This document shows positions 62,529 through 64,000 of a DNA stretch of 64,000 nt, piece by piece. Location: NCBI RefSeq assembly GCF_009914755.1, contig NC_060933.1; one strand, written 5' to 3'. The DNA comes from the human T2T-CHM13v2.0 reference genome, Homo sapiens. Numbering within the stretch: the stretch's first letter is position 1; every line of letters begins with the position of its first letter. The position numbers and the translations under genes are program-made. The notes beneath the pieces were generated by a model. That model saw nothing but the letters and a program-made list of their open reading frames with translations, was not told the DNA's origin and searched no databases.

Positions 62529-64000
62529 TATTTTTTCATCTTTATTTCTTAATTAACAACTGTGATCTGTATTTTAAATGAGCCTTTTTGGGGGAGCTTG
62601 ATAGGCATTGAGTGTTTTTCCCAAAGATTTGTCACCTTCTTGTGAGTTGTCTAGTCTGTTCTTTTGGTTTTATAGATTTATTCTAAACTAAAAGTTAATG
62701 GTAGTTGCCATTTATAATTTCTTGCAGAGGTTTTTGCAGAGATCATCCATTTAATATTTTTGTGCATTGAAGGTTTTAATTGTACAGTCAACACTGTCAT
62801 TCACTTGTGATTTTCATTTTTTCCAAGCTTAGAAAACTTGAAGGATGATGACTTTTTTATTGGAGAGGTTAAAAAAAAAAAGTAGGTAAAAGTGATGGAT
62901 GCTTAGGCTGAGGGTGGTGACTGAATATGTGGTACTTGAAATTGAGTTTGAGTGTCCAGGCCTGGTTTCATTATATCTTGGGACACTTAAAAAAGTCTTG
63001 CAGAGGCAATCTGCTTGAAAATGCTGTATAAACCTTAAACCTCTAAATTGTAAAATGTAAGTGCATAATAATTTCTGATTTGTAGACTTCTGTTGACAAT
63101 CTTTCAAGACGGGAGAAGGGTGAAAAAGACGGAAAAGACAAACAGATATTTTTCAGAAATGAAAAACATGTACATTTTCTGACATAGGGAATGAGAGATT
63201 TTTCTAAATGTGACCCAGAAGGCTTTCAGGTGATTTCCTAACAAGATTTGAGTTTTCTCGGATTAAATATGGTTGTGGCTCTCTACCATGTGCCCCAGTC
63301 TTATCTTTGTTATGCCCCTTCACACATACTCTGTTCTTCACATACTCTTCCTTCTGCTGGCTAGTGCTTCCCTGTTTCTGGAACTTTCTTAAGCATTTTT
63401 ACCATGTATTATAGTTATTTGTATTGTAGTTACGTGTCATCCTTCTTCGTCTTAGAAGAGAAGTTTCCATCTGACTCCATGTTTTCTATTGTAGACCCTA
63501 GTTCAGTGCCTTTTAAACAGCAGATATGGAATAATCCTCTAATGGAATAAATGGGGAGAAGAAGGGATAGTTTGTGGTTACCTGGGAAAGCAGTGTGGTT
63601 AAGTCAGCATGGGTTTCTCAAGAACAAGCCTTTCTTGAATTAACCTCATTTCCTGTATAAATCAGATACTTATTGGAGAGAGAATTTGGGTAATGTTGTT
63701 GTTAGAGGATATCAGAATAAAAAAACTACATGTTTCATTAAGTTCTTAGGATTTTTTATGGATAAGTTGGAAAAGCATGGGCTTGATTGTAATAAGATAG
63801 ATGAATGTGTTGCAGGTTGATTAACTGTTGACTTTGTGCAATTCACTGCCTTGCCAGTGCTATTCTAACTTTTCCATCAGGGAACTATTAAGGAAGAGGA
63901 AAGTTTATACTTTATTTTGGAGGGTTTAGAGGGTTGAGGGTACAGGAATTGAAGGTTGGATTGTGGGCAGGATGTAGGGAGACTTTAGAGGCACAGCCAG

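Overview
Human (primate) genomic DNA, very rich in Alu, L1, L2, MIR, LTR and DNA-transposon fossils. No intact protein-coding exon is supportable. From memory I recognise the locus as the 5' end of KANK1 (9p24.3); this was not checked against a database. The window holds a CpG-island promoter (~7330-9250) with a short non-coding first exon ending at 8211 (AAG|GTGAGT), the first ~56 kb of a very long intron, and a probable downstream alternative promoter/5'UTR exon region (~50500-53190). Upstream, a FAM217A processed pseudogene is inserted into an old L1 and is itself split by an ERV1 solo LTR. A U6 snRNA retropseudogene lies at ~62.3 kb. I see no convincing new multi-gene system. The most notable signals are retrotransposition fossils that a routine annotation could miss: (1) a 35-nt 5' half of tRNA-Cys(GCA) inserted with an 18-bp target-site duplication (TSD) and no poly(A) tail inside an L1; (2) the FAM217A retrocopy appears to record a double exon-skipped mRNA that keeps a 14-nt microexon; (3) an old L1 with twin-priming-type 5' inversion; (4) a perfect 102-bp tandem duplication and a near-consensus AluY, both likely recent or polymorphic; (5) triple-nested MER5A>MLT2>MER75. 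Repeat subfamily calls come from recalled consensus sequences and boundaries are approximate unless a TSD is quoted.
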